Of a stretch of 64,000 bases of DNA, positions 21,212 to 33,123 are shown in pieces; within the stretch, counting starts at the first letter, position 1; each line of letters opens with the position of its first letter. Both the position numbers and the translations under genes were made by a program. The notes below the pieces were generated by a model. The model was not told the origin of the DNA, did no database searches, and saw nothing but the letters and a program-made list of their open reading frames with translations. The DNA is taken from the NCBI GenBank assembly GCA_963810915.1, contig CAWEPH010000006.1, positions 939,030 through 1,003,029 on the forward strand. The letters are read 5' to 3'. This stretch comes from an uncultured Actinomycetes bacterium (GTDB lineage Bacteria; Actinomycetota; UBA4738; HRBIN12).

Positions 21212-22549
21212 TGGAACGTCCCGAGGTCCAGTTCGCGAGGGCGTCCGACGGCGCGTACCTCGCCTATCAGACCTTCGGGAGCGGTCCTATCGACATCTTC
21301 TGGCAGGAAGAGTTCCTCGCCTTGGTCGACCAGTTCTGGGACTCCCCACCGGAGCGCGCGTTGCACGAGGGATTGGCCGAGTACGGCCGCGTGACCATCT
21401 ACGATCGGAGAGGCACGGGCTCTCGAGCCGCAACGTGGCGCCCGGCAACCTCGAGACCCAGGTCGCGGACACCCTCGCCGTCCTCGATGCTCAAGGCATC
21501 GAGCGCGCGGTCTTCGGTGGGATCCTCGAATGTGGAGCCGCGAACGCGCTGCTCGCCGCCACCTACCCGGACCGCGTCCAGGCGCTCCTGTGGATGACGC
21601 CTGTTCCTCGGACGACCACGACGTCGGACTACCCATGGGGAGTCGGACCCGAGTACGTCGAACGCGAGCGGAGATCCTCGAACGCTGGGGGACGTTACGA
21701 TGGGCTCGCGAGTTCGTCGAGATGAACTCGATGGTGATGGGCGGACCGTGGGCAAGCGGAGGAGTACATCCGGTTCATCACGAGAGCGAGCCGCAGGACC
21801 TGCACGCCCGACGTCGCGAAGGAGCTCAGCCGCATCTGGTACGACACCGACATCCGGGGCATCCTCCCGACGATCCAGGCACCGATGCTGCTGGTGACCT
21901 CCGAGGACGACTGACGACCTGGAATTAGCAGGCTCCGTCGCCGAGCGAGTTCCTCTCGCCGAGATCAGAACGTTCCCGGGTCCGTACCTCGAGATCGAGG
22001 ACTTCGCCTCGATCCATTCTGCGATCAGCCGATTCATCGGCGCCGAGCGGCCGCCTCTGGGCCTCGATTCCGTGCTCGCGACGGTGCTGTTCACGGACAT
22101 CGTCGGGTCGACCGAGCGCGGGGCCGCACTGGGGGACTGCGGCATGGCAGGAGATCCACGAACGCCACGACAGGATCGTGCGGGGCGAGCTCGAACGCCA
22201 TCGTGGCCGTGAGATCAAGCGCACGGGCGACGGCTTCCTCGCGACGTTCGACGGACCTGCACGCGGTGTGCACTGCGCCCGGGCGATCGCCGAGGAGATG
22301 CAGACCCTCGGGATCGAGATCCGCGCAGGGCTCCACACCGGGGAGATCGAACTCGACGCCGACGACATCGCGGGGCTCACGGTTTCGATCGGCGCCCGCG
22401 TGAGCGCGAAGGCCGGTCCGTCCGAGGTCCTGATCTCCCAGACCGTGAAGGATCTGATCGCAGGTTCGGGCCTCTCGTTCGAGGATGCGGGCGAGCACGA
22501 GCTGAAGGGCGTCCCGGACGTGTGGCACCTCTATCGGGTGGTCGACTGA
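21211..22549 (+). pseudogene. Paralog 7: hydrolase-cyclase fusion with multiple frameshifts
   Basis: Recognisable pieces sit in at least four frames: MERPEVQFARASDGAYLAYQ..., ...AVLDAQGIERAVFGG..., [21 protein letters not shown], and [26 protein letters not shown]...HLYRVVD. Confidence 0.65.
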
Positions 22550-23854
22550 GTGGACACCCCGGAGACGCGGTACGCGAAGGCGCCCGACGGGGTCTCGATC
22601 GCGTACCACGTCGTGGGCGACGGACCCATCGACCTCATCTGGCTCCACGCCTTCATGGGAGGGCTGGAGGTCATCTGGGAACACGAGGCGATGCGGTCGC
22701 TCACGACCAAGCTCACATCCTTCGCCCGCGTGATCAGGCACGACATGCGCGCGACGGGCCTCTCGAGCCGCGCGGCCGAGCTCCCCGACCTCGAGACGCA
22801 GGTGCAGGATGCGGCGGCGGTGCTCGACGCGGTTGGCTCTCGTTCGACCGTCATCTTGGGAGCGGGCCCCGGAGCGCACGCCGCGTCGCTGTTCGCGGCC
22901 ACCTACCCCGATCGCACCCGGGCGCTCGTCCTCTGGGACTTCTACGCGTGGGCCGGCAACGTGTTCCGCCCCACCGACCTCGACCTCCTGAGCCGGACCT
23001 GGGGCACCGAGGCGTCGGCCGCCGCCGCGATGGCCCAGGTGGCCCCATCGATGATCGACGACCGCGAGTTCCTCCGCTGGTACGCCAAGGTCCAGCGCCA
23101 CTTCGTGCCCCCCGACGTCGCCGCCGAGCTCATCCAGAGCGCGATCGACACCGACATCCGGCCCGTCCTACCCGTGATCCACGTCCCCACCCTGGTGTTG
23201 GCCCGAGGATGGTCCAACCACGAGAAGGATCGCGACGTGGCCCAGACGATCGAGGGGTCGACGTTCCTCCTGCTCCCGGGCTCGGACCGGGCGACCTTCG
23301 CCGGCAATCAGGACGACCTCGTCGGCGCGGTCAGGGACTTCGTCGGAGGTGGTCCAGCCGCCAGGTCGGGGCAGACCCTTCTGCGAGCCGTGTTGTTCAC
23401 CGACATCGTGGGGTCAACCGAGCATCTCGCGCGGGTCGGAGATCAGGCCTGGCGGGAGCTGATCGTCGCGCACGACGATCGCTCCCGACGCGCGATCGAA
23501 CGACACGGGGGCCACATCGTCAAGAGCACGGGAGACGGCGTGCTCGCGACGTTCGAGGGACCCGCGCAGGCCGTGCGTGGGGCGCAGGAGGTCGCGGCAT
23601 CGCTCGAGGAGCTGGGACTCGAGATCCGCGCGGGGGTCCACGTAGGCGAGATCGAGACCATCGGCGACGACGTCACGGGCGTGAGCGTGAACGTCGCGGC
23701 GCGGGTCGCGGCGATGGCGGGCGCCTCGGAGGTCCTCGTCTCCTCGACGGTGAAGGACCTGACCCCGGGATCGGGCCTCACCTTCGAAGACGCGGGGGAG
23801 CACGAGCTGAAGGGCGTCCCCGACACGTGGCACCTCTACCGGGTGATCCTGTGA
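22550..23854 (+). CDS. Paralog 8: hydrolase-fold + class III cyclase fusion (most divergent; canonical Asn retained in VNVAARV)
   Basis: 434 aa, intact, GTG start adjacent to the paralog 7 stop. FTDIVGSTEH, KSTGDGVLATFEGPAQAVRGAQ, RAGVHVGEIE, GVSVNVAARVAAMAG. Confidence 0.8.
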   Translation: MDTPETRYAKAPDGVSIAYHVVGDGPIDLIWLHAFMGGLEVIWEHEAMRSLTTKLTSFARVIRHDMRATGLSSRAAELPDLETQVQDAAAVLDAVGSRSTVILGAGPGAHAASLFAATYPDRTRALVLWDFYAWAGNVFRPTDLDLLSRTWGTEASAAAAMAQVAPSMIDDREFLRWYAKVQRHFVPPDVAAELIQSAIDTDIRPVLPVIHVPTLVLARGWSNHEKDRDVAQTIEGSTFLLLPGSDRATFAGNQDDLVGAVRDFVGGGPAARSGQTLLRAVLFTDIVGSTEHLARVGDQAWRELIVAHDDRSRRAIERHGGHIVKSTGDGVLATFEGPAQAVRGAQEVAASLEELGLEIRAGVHVGEIETIGDDVTGVSVNVAARVAAMAGASEVLVSSTVKDLTPGSGLTFEDAGEHELKGVPDTWHLYRVIL

Positions 23855-23897
23855 TCGATGGTGGTCACCTGACCTGAGTCGACCCGCGGGCCTGCGC

Positions 23898-24758
23898 CTA
23901 TCCGAGCCCTCGCCCCACGTATTCGGCTCCGTACCGGCCCTCCATCACACGCCTGACGACCTCCGCGACGAGTACGAGGACGAGCGACGTGAAGAGGATG
24001 AGCGACGCCACCGCAACCAGCTCCGGGAGCTGACTCGGGATCCGCAACTGGGCGAAGAGGTAGACGGGCCAGGTGGCCGACGTTCCGGCGAGGAACGATG
24101 CGATCGCGAACTCGTCGAAGGAGAGCGTGAACGAGATCAGGAACGCCGAGATGAGGGCGGGGAGCAGCAGCGGGAAGGTGACGCGGCGGAACGTCTGCCA
24201 TGTCCCGGCCCCGAGGTCGCGGGCCGCCTCCTCGAGCGACAGGCTCAGGCGCCCGAGGAGCGGCATGATCGTGAGGATCACGTACGGGAGCGACACGACG
24301 ACGTGGCCGATCACGACGGCGTGCAGACCCAGGCCGATGTAGACGCCGGCCACCCGGGTGAGCACCTTGTCCACGAGGGTGAACAGCAGCAACAGCGTGA
24401 TCCCGAAGACGAGGTACGGGATCACGAGCGGCGAGAAGAACAGCGCCGACGCCGCGGACTTCCCGGCGAACCTCCTGCGGACCAGGGCGAACGAGGCCAT
24501 CACGCCCAGCGCAACGGCGATGCAGCTCGAGGCCGTGGCGACGATCAGGCTCCTCTTGAGCGCCCCGATCAGCAAGGCGTTGTGGAAGAACTGCGCGTAC
24601 CAGTGCGTCGTGAATCCCTGGAGGGGGAACGACACATCCCCCTTGTCGAACGAGAAGATCGCGAGGATCACGATCGGCGCATAGAGGAACACCACGAGGA
24701 GCGCGAAGAAGACCTGCAACAACCTCAGCCCCAGCTTGGATGCGGCGGCCTCCATCAG
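23898..24758 (-). CDS. ABC transporter permease (PotC/PotI-like)
   Basis: 6 TM helices with the EAA-type motif region (LSLEEAARDLGAGTWQTFRRVTFPLLLPAL). Start chosen at MEAAASKLG. Confidence 0.7.
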   Translation of the reverse strand: MMEAAASKLGLRLLQVFFALLVVFLYAPIVILAIFSFDKGDVSFPLQGFTTHWYAQFFHNALLIGALKRSLIVATASSCIAVALGVMASFALVRRRFAGKSAASALFFSPLVIPYLVFGITLLLLFTLVDKVLTRVAGVYIGLGLHAVVIGHVVVSLPYVILTIMPLLGRLSLSLEEAARDLGAGTWQTFRRVTFPLLLPALISAFLISFTLSFDEFAIASFLAGTSATWPVYLFAQLRIPSQLPELVAVASLILFTSLVLVLVAEVVRRVMEGRYGAEYVGRGLG

Positions 24759-25663
24759 CCGCCCACACTCCCCACCCGCACGTAGCGCCCGAAGAGCGCC
24801 ATCAGCAACGCGACGACGATCAGCAGGAACATCGCCAGCACCGAGCCCGTCTGCCAGTCGAGACCTCGTGTGAACAGGTCTTGGATCGCGTTGCCGTACA
24901 TGTATCCACTGGTCCCACCCACCAGGAGCGGGGTCACGAACTCCCCGATCGTCGGGACGAACACGAAGACGAACGCGGCGATGACCCCCGGCATGCTCAG
25001 TCGGAGCGTGACCCGCCAGAACGCCCGCAACCGGCTGGCGCCCAGGTCTCCCGCCGCCTCCAACAGGCTCGGATCGAGGCTGTCGAGCGAGACGAAGATC
25101 GGCAGCGCCACGAACGGGATCCACACGTACGCGAGCACCAAGGTGACGGAGAACTGGCTGTACAGCAGCCACGTGACCGGGTGGTCAGGGCTCCGCAGAT
25201 GCAGGGAGAACAGCAAGCTGTTGATCACCCCGGAGTCACCCAGGATCACCTTCCACGCGAGGACACGCAGGAGGTAACTCGTGAGGAACGGCGCGATGAT
25301 CAGCAGGAGCAACACGTACTTCCGCTTCTTCACGCAGAGCGCCAAGAAGTACCCGATCGGGTACGAGAGCACGACGACGATGAAGGAGACCGTGAGCGAG
25401 ATCCGGAGCGACTTCCAGAAGAGCCGGAGGTAGACGGACCCACCAAGGAAGCGACGCCAGGCGTCCAACGACACGACGCCGGTGTCGGTCGGGAAGACCT
25501 TGACGGCCCCGATGCTGTACACCGCCACGTAGACGACCGGCGCGATGAAGAACAGCAGCAGCCAGAGCAGCGGGCCGGAGAGCAGGCCGGCGGTGGCCCC
25601 GCGCTCCCGTCCCCGGCTCTGCTTGGCGGACTCAGCCTCCACCGAACCGCTCCCCATCCGCAC
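24755..25663 (-). CDS. ABC transporter permease (PotB/PotH-like)
   Basis: 6 TM helices with EAA-type loop (LLEAAGDLGASRLRAFWRVTLRLSMPGV). 4-nt overlap with the downstream permease. Confidence 0.7.
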   Translation of the reverse strand: MRMGSGSVEAESAKQSRGRERGATAGLLSGPLLWLLLFFIAPVVYVAVYSIGAVKVFPTDTGVVSLDAWRRFLGGSVYLRLFWKSLRISLTVSFIVVVLSYPIGYFLALCVKKRKYVLLLLIIAPFLTSYLLRVLAWKVILGDSGVINSLLFSLHLRSPDHPVTWLLYSQFSVTLVLAYVWIPFVALPIFVSLDSLDPSLLEAAGDLGASRLRAFWRVTLRLSMPGVIAAFVFVFVPTIGEFVTPLLVGGTSGYMYGNAIQDLFTRGLDWQTGSVLAMFLLIVVALLMALFGRYVRVGSVGG

Positions 25664-25696
25664 ACGGCCCGCCGCGCCGAGCGTGAAGGGCTCTCA

Positions 25697-26866
25697 CTAT
25701 GCCGACGACACCTCGGTCCAGTACTGCGAGTACACGGAGCGACGGGAGATCCAGGACTCGATGTGCGCCTTGGGCTCCTCGAGGGCGGAGGGATCATCCA
25801 GGCTCAGCGCCTGGACCATGGCCGCGGGAAGCACCGACACATCGACCTTGGTGTTCGCGTGACCGTAGTAGTAGTAGCCCTCCAGGAACTGCGCTGCCTT
25901 CGTGCTCGACCAGGAGTCGACGTAGGCGTGCGCGTGCCGGTAGTTCTTGGTGCTCGACGAGAGCCCCATCCCACACGACCACCAGATCCGGCCCTCTTTC
26001 GGCTGCATGTAGACGACGTCCATCCCGGCGGTGGTCGCGTAGCCGACCGTGTCGGGCCACGCGTACCCGATCCAGATATCCCCCTTCTTGAACGCCGTCC
26101 ACAGGTCGTAGGACTGGTCCCACATGAAGCTGACGAGGTGTTTCTTGGAGATCAGGAAGTCACGCATCTGCCCGAGCTCATCGTCCGTCATGGTCCACGG
26201 ATCGCTGACGCCGTGGTAGTAGCCGGCGATGACGAGCATCTCCAGCGTATTGATCCACGAGATCCTCCCGGCGTAGCGATCGTCCCAGAGCAGGCTCCAC
26301 GAATCCTCCGCGGGCTGGACCTTGTCCGCCCGGTACAGGGGGGCGATGAACCCCCAGTCCTCGACGATGAAGTACTGCTTCCCGTCGATCTGGCCGGCGG
26401 TCTCGAGCTTCGGGCTCATCTGCGCGTAGTTCGAGATGAGCGAGGTGTCCCATGGCTGGACGGCGCCGAGCTCCACGTAGTCCTTGAAGCGATACGCGCA
26501 GGGATGGACAACGTCGAAATCCACGCTGCCCGCCACCGTCTTCGTGTACCCGTCGTCGTCGTTCGGGAAGAGGATGAACTTCGGTGTGTCCCCGGTCGCC
26601 TGGGCGTAGGCCGCCCAGAGGTTCTGCTTCTCCTTGTCGGGGTAGTACTCCCCGCCCCCGTACCCCGCCCAGTCGAACACCGCGAGGTTGCCGGGCTCGC
26701 TCGTGATCGCCGGATGGGTGGAAGCCGAGCCGCTGACCGCGGAGCCGGACGTCGTCGCCTTCTTGCAGGCCGCCAGGACGCCCGCGCCCGCCGCCACGCC
26801 CGCGTAGCGCAGGAGGTCTCTCCGTCCGAACTTCCGCGCGATGAACCGATCCAGCTCGTCAGTCAT
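25697..26866 (-). CDS. ABC transporter substrate-binding protein (PotD/PotF polyamine-binding family-like) with Tat signal and lipobox
   Basis: N-terminal RRDLLRYAGVAAGAGVLAAC (twin-arginine plus lipobox Cys). Aromatic-rich periplasmic binding fold. The ORF 5' extension was rejected. Confidence 0.65.
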   Translation of the reverse strand: MTDELDRFIARKFGRRDLLRYAGVAAGAGVLAACKKATTSGSAVSGSASTHPAITSEPGNLAVFDWAGYGGGEYYPDKEKQNLWAAYAQATGDTPKFILFPNDDDGYTKTVAGSVDFDVVHPCAYRFKDYVELGAVQPWDTSLISNYAQMSPKLETAGQIDGKQYFIVEDWGFIAPLYRADKVQPAEDSWSLLWDDRYAGRISWINTLEMLVIAGYYHGVSDPWTMTDDELGQMRDFLISKKHLVSFMWDQSYDLWTAFKKGDIWIGYAWPDTVGYATTAGMDVVYMQPKEGRIWWSCGMGLSSSTKNYRHAHAYVDSWSSTKAAQFLEGYYYYGHANTKVDVSVLPAAMVQALSLDDPSALEEPKAHIESWISRRSVYSQYWTEVSSA

Positions 26867-26969
26867 CTTCCCCCCCAAGCGCTCCCAACGGACACGCGTA
26901 TGATGCCCCCGACTTCGCCGCCTGGATAGTGCCTGGCGGGAAAAAGGTGCGCCTGAGGGGACCGAGGTC

Positions 26970-27587
26970 GTGCAGGGTTGCGTCAGATGGGCCGCGTTCG
27001 CGATCGTCCTGCTGACCGCGTGCTCCATGGGCGACCCTCAGCCTTCGGCGCCGCCGAGCGGGTCGCCATCGAGTGCCGATCACGTACCCATCGCGCACGT
27101 CCCGACCCTCCCCGCCACCGCCATGCACGGGTACGTCACGCGCCTGACGCCGATCGACGCCGCGGGCCTGGCCGGCGAAGCGCTGAACGCGCCCGCGCTC
27201 GCGTCGGTCCTTGCCGGCGCAGGATTCGAGGGAGGTGTGGAGCGGAGGTTCACGGCGCGAGCGAGGGCCCTGACGGAGGTGGTGGCGCGCGTCCTGAAGT
27301 TCGGCACCCCGGAGGGCGCCACCGCGTACGTCGCTTGGTTCGCGTCGCACGGCACCGACCTCCTCGGATCTCGAGCGCAGCCAGCCGATCCCCCCGACGT
27401 CCCCGGCGCAGTCGCGTTCCGACACGGCGTGAGCGGCTGCTGCACGAAAGACACGTTCCAGTACATCGCCGCGTGGACCCGGGGTCCCTATGCGATGACG
27501 CTTCTCGTCGGCGGCCCGGACGCGGGGCACGGATCCGCGTCACCGCTGGCCGCCGAACTCGATGCCCGTGTGCGGAAGGATGGATGA
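26970..27587 (+). CDS. Hypothetical lipoprotein
   Basis: Signal peptide plus lipobox (AIVLLTAC). No recognisable family. Confidence 0.45.
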   Translation: MQGCVRWAAFAIVLLTACSMGDPQPSAPPSGSPSSADHVPIAHVPTLPATAMHGYVTRLTPIDAAGLAGEALNAPALASVLAGAGFEGGVERRFTARARALTEVVARVLKFGTPEGATAYVAWFASHGTDLLGSRAQPADPPDVPGAVAFRHGVSGCCTKDTFQYIAAWTRGPYAMTLLVGGPDAGHGSASPLAAELDARVRKDG

Positions 27588-28464
27588 GCTGATGAGCCTC
27601 GACATGTTCTCCGAACTCGCAGGTGGCCTGGATCATCCCGAGGGGATCGCGCAGGGACCCGACGGTCGCATCTACGCCGGCGGCGAGGCGGGCCAGATCT
27701 ACGCGATCTCGACGACCGGCTCGGTGGACACGATCGCGTCGACGGACGGCTTCATCTACGGCGTCGCGGTGGACGGCAACGCCAACGTCTATGCATGCGA
27801 CTTCGGTCATGCAGCGGTCTCACGCATCGCACCTTCGGGTGCCATCGCCACCTATTCCACCGGGACGCCCGAACGTCCGATGCGCGTGCCGAACTTCGCC
27901 GCCTTCGACGACGCCGGCAACCTCTACGTCACCGACTCCGGCGAGTGGAGCGATGACGACGGGCTCGTGTTCCGTGTCGCGCCTGACGGCACGACCGTGG
28001 TCTGGAGCGACGGCGTTCCCCGGTTCCCGAACGGGTGTTGCCTGGACGCCGACGGGGGCGCGCTCTACGTGATCGAGTCACACGGTCGGTGCGTGTCCCG
28101 CGTCCCGATCCAAGGCGACGGATCCGCGGGCCCTGCCGAGGTCGTCGTCGCGCTCCCCGGATGCCAGCCGGACGGGATGGCGTTCGCGCAGGACGGCAGC
28201 CTCCTCGTCGGCTGCTACCGGCCGGACAGGATCTACCGGATCCCGCCCGACGGAGAGCCCGAGATCCTCGCCGAGGATCCGGACGGGGTCGTCCTGAACC
28301 AGCCCACCAACGTGGCGTTCGTCGGCTCAGCGCTCGACAGGCTCGCGGTCGCGAGCCTCGGCGGGTGGAGCGTGATGTGGGCCGACGTCGGTGTGAAGGG
28401 TCTGCCCTGCGCCATCCGTTGCTCTGACGCCACCCGGTCGGGCCGGTGTCGGCTTCGGCGATGA
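27580..28464 (+). CDS. SMP-30/gluconolactonase/LRE-like beta-propeller protein
   Basis: Repeated motifs typical of SGL six-bladed propellers: EGIAQGPDGRIY, GVAVDGNANVYACD, PNFAAFDDAGNLYVTDSG, PNGCCLDADGGALYV, PDGMAFAQDGSLLVG. Confidence 0.65.
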   Translation: MDELMSLDMFSELAGGLDHPEGIAQGPDGRIYAGGEAGQIYAISTTGSVDTIASTDGFIYGVAVDGNANVYACDFGHAAVSRIAPSGAIATYSTGTPERPMRVPNFAAFDDAGNLYVTDSGEWSDDDGLVFRVAPDGTTVVWSDGVPRFPNGCCLDADGGALYVIESHGRCVSRVPIQGDGSAGPAEVVVALPGCQPDGMAFAQDGSLLVGCYRPDRIYRIPPDGEPEILAEDPDGVVLNQPTNVAFVGSALDRLAVASLGGWSVMWADVGVKGLPCAIRCSDATRSGRCRLRR

Positions 28465-28497
28465 CGGCCAGCTCGGCGACGGGAAAGGAGTCCTCAG

Positions 28498-29451
28498 CTA
28501 CGTGCCCGTGCGCGTGCATCTGATCTGAGGACGACTCACGCCTGGTCGATCGGCTGCGTCGTCCCGTAGACGTTGGGGCTGATGCGGTAGGCGCGGGCCT
28601 CCTGCGCGAGCACCGTCTGACGGACCTCCTCCATCTGGGTGGCGCTCAGATGTTCGAGCGACGATCAGTACCAAGACCTCCCGCTCCTCTTCGCTGGCCC
28701 CCCGCCACCCCACGCGGACGCCGCCGACCTCGGGCGCGTAGTACTTGAGCTGGTGGGCACCCGGCTCGTCGGGATTGAACTCGTCGACCACCAGCACGTC
28801 GGTGTAGCAGTCGACCGGAACGCACGTCTGTAGTCCCACCTGATCCACCTTGCCGCGATCGGTCCAGTTGACGTCGGACCCTCCCCAACCCTCGGCGTAG
28901 CTCGGAGTGTGCAGACGAGGCACGGCCTGCATCGTCACGCCCGGGCGAGCGCCATGAAGACCCGCGATCCACGTCGGCGTCTTCACGATCTCCTTGCCGT
29001 CGTATTCCTCTGGGTACTGCCCGAAGTGCCAGATGTTGCCGTCGTCGTCCTGCGCGAAGAACGCCAGTTCGTTCTCCTCGAGGGTGCCGCCGGTGAAGTC
29101 GCGGTCCCACGCGACGATCGTGCGCACGCCGTCGACCAACTTGGTGAGATCGGTGACGGTGAACACGACCTTGCGACTGACCCGCTCTCCCTCGTCCAGC
29201 GCGTGACCCTTCCACGTGAACCGCGTCCCGGGAACGAGCGGGAACCACGGGTTCGTCACCTGGGTCGGGTGGCTGAAGTTGGCGGGGTCGAAGTCCTCGT
29301 CACTCGCCACGGGCGGCAGGCTGGACACCGGCTCGGTGCTGGTTCCCCCTCCCGCCCGGTCGCCGCACGCCGAGAGGACGACCAGCGACACCGACACCGC
29401 GAGCAGGACGGTCATCCGAGAACCACGCATCACGATCCTCCTGATCTTCAT
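28498..29451 (-). CDS. Secreted lipoprotein of unknown function; apparent frameshift near 28650
   Basis: Signal plus lipobox (LVVLSAC). A plausible C-terminus (...LEHLSATQMEEVRQTVLAQEARAYRISPNVYGTTQPIDQA*) lies in a different frame from the body. Confidence 0.45.
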   Translation of the reverse strand: MKIRRIVMRGSRMTVLLAVSVSLVVLSACGDRAGGGTSTEPVSSLPPVASDEDFDPANFSHPTQVTNPWFPLVPGTRFTWKGHALDEGERVSRKVVFTVTDLTKLVDGVRTIVAWDRDFTGGTLEENELAFFAQDDDGNIWHFGQYPEEYDGKEIVKTPTWIAGLHGARPGVTMQAVPRLHTPSYAEGWGGSDVNWTDRGKVDQVGLQTCVPVDCYTDVLVVDEFNPDEPGAHQLKYYAPEVGGVRVGWRGASEEEREVLVLIVARTSERHPDGGGPSDGARAGGPRLPHQPQRLRDDAADRPGVSRPQIRCTRTGT

Positions 29452-29503
29452 GTACGCCCCTTCCGAGACCTCGTCTCGGAAGCGCGGGGTCCTCCGAACC
29501 GGT

Positions 29504-32656
<3,153 letters not shown>

Positions 32657-32678
32657 GGCCGACGCGATCCTTCCGTGG

Positions 32679-33110
32679 TCACTCTTCGACTTCGGTCTCG
32701 GTCCCGTACAGCTCCGACGCGCCTTGGGTGACGACCTCCATCCCTGAGGGCGGACCCTCCGAGAGGTACGCGCGATCCCCGCGGATGTGGTCGACGACGA
32801 TCGGTACGCGCACGTACGTGAGCGGCTCTGGGTTCGTGTACGCCCAGGTGTCGCCGGTCGCTGTGTAGAACACCGCGGCGTAAGGCATCACCGTTTCCGA
32901 GCCCACCGCGACGACGGGATCGGCCTCGATGTCCACCCGCTCGACCGCCTCCGCGGTCAGCGTGATGCGCGAGGTCTCCGACCCCTCGATCGCCTCGAGG
33001 GTGGCCGGCTCGTCGATCGCCTCCTCCTCCTCGGCGACGTGTGCGCACGCCGACAGCAACAGACCGCAGAAGATCAGGAGCCCTGCCATCCATCGACGAC
33101 CATGCGGCAT
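32679..33110 (-). CDS. Small lipoprotein between the two RND genes (possible truncated periplasmic adaptor-like protein)
   Basis: Signal plus lipobox (LLLSAC), an acidic linker, then beta-rich ~100 aa. Family not identified. Confidence 0.4.
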   Translation of the reverse strand: MPHGRRWMAGLLIFCGLLLSACAHVAEEEEAIDEPATLEAIEGSETSRITLTAEAVERVDIEADPVVAVGSETVMPYAAVFYTATGDTWAYTNPEPLTYVRVPIVVDHIRGDRAYLSEGPPSGMEVVTQGASELYGTETEVEE

Positions 33111-33123
33111 CGCGGCCCTCCTC

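Noticed and set aside
24740-26929. 729-aa ORF on the plus strand
   Set aside because: Antisense to three ABC-transporter genes. Extreme Arg/Asp/Glu/His composition and no domain motifs.
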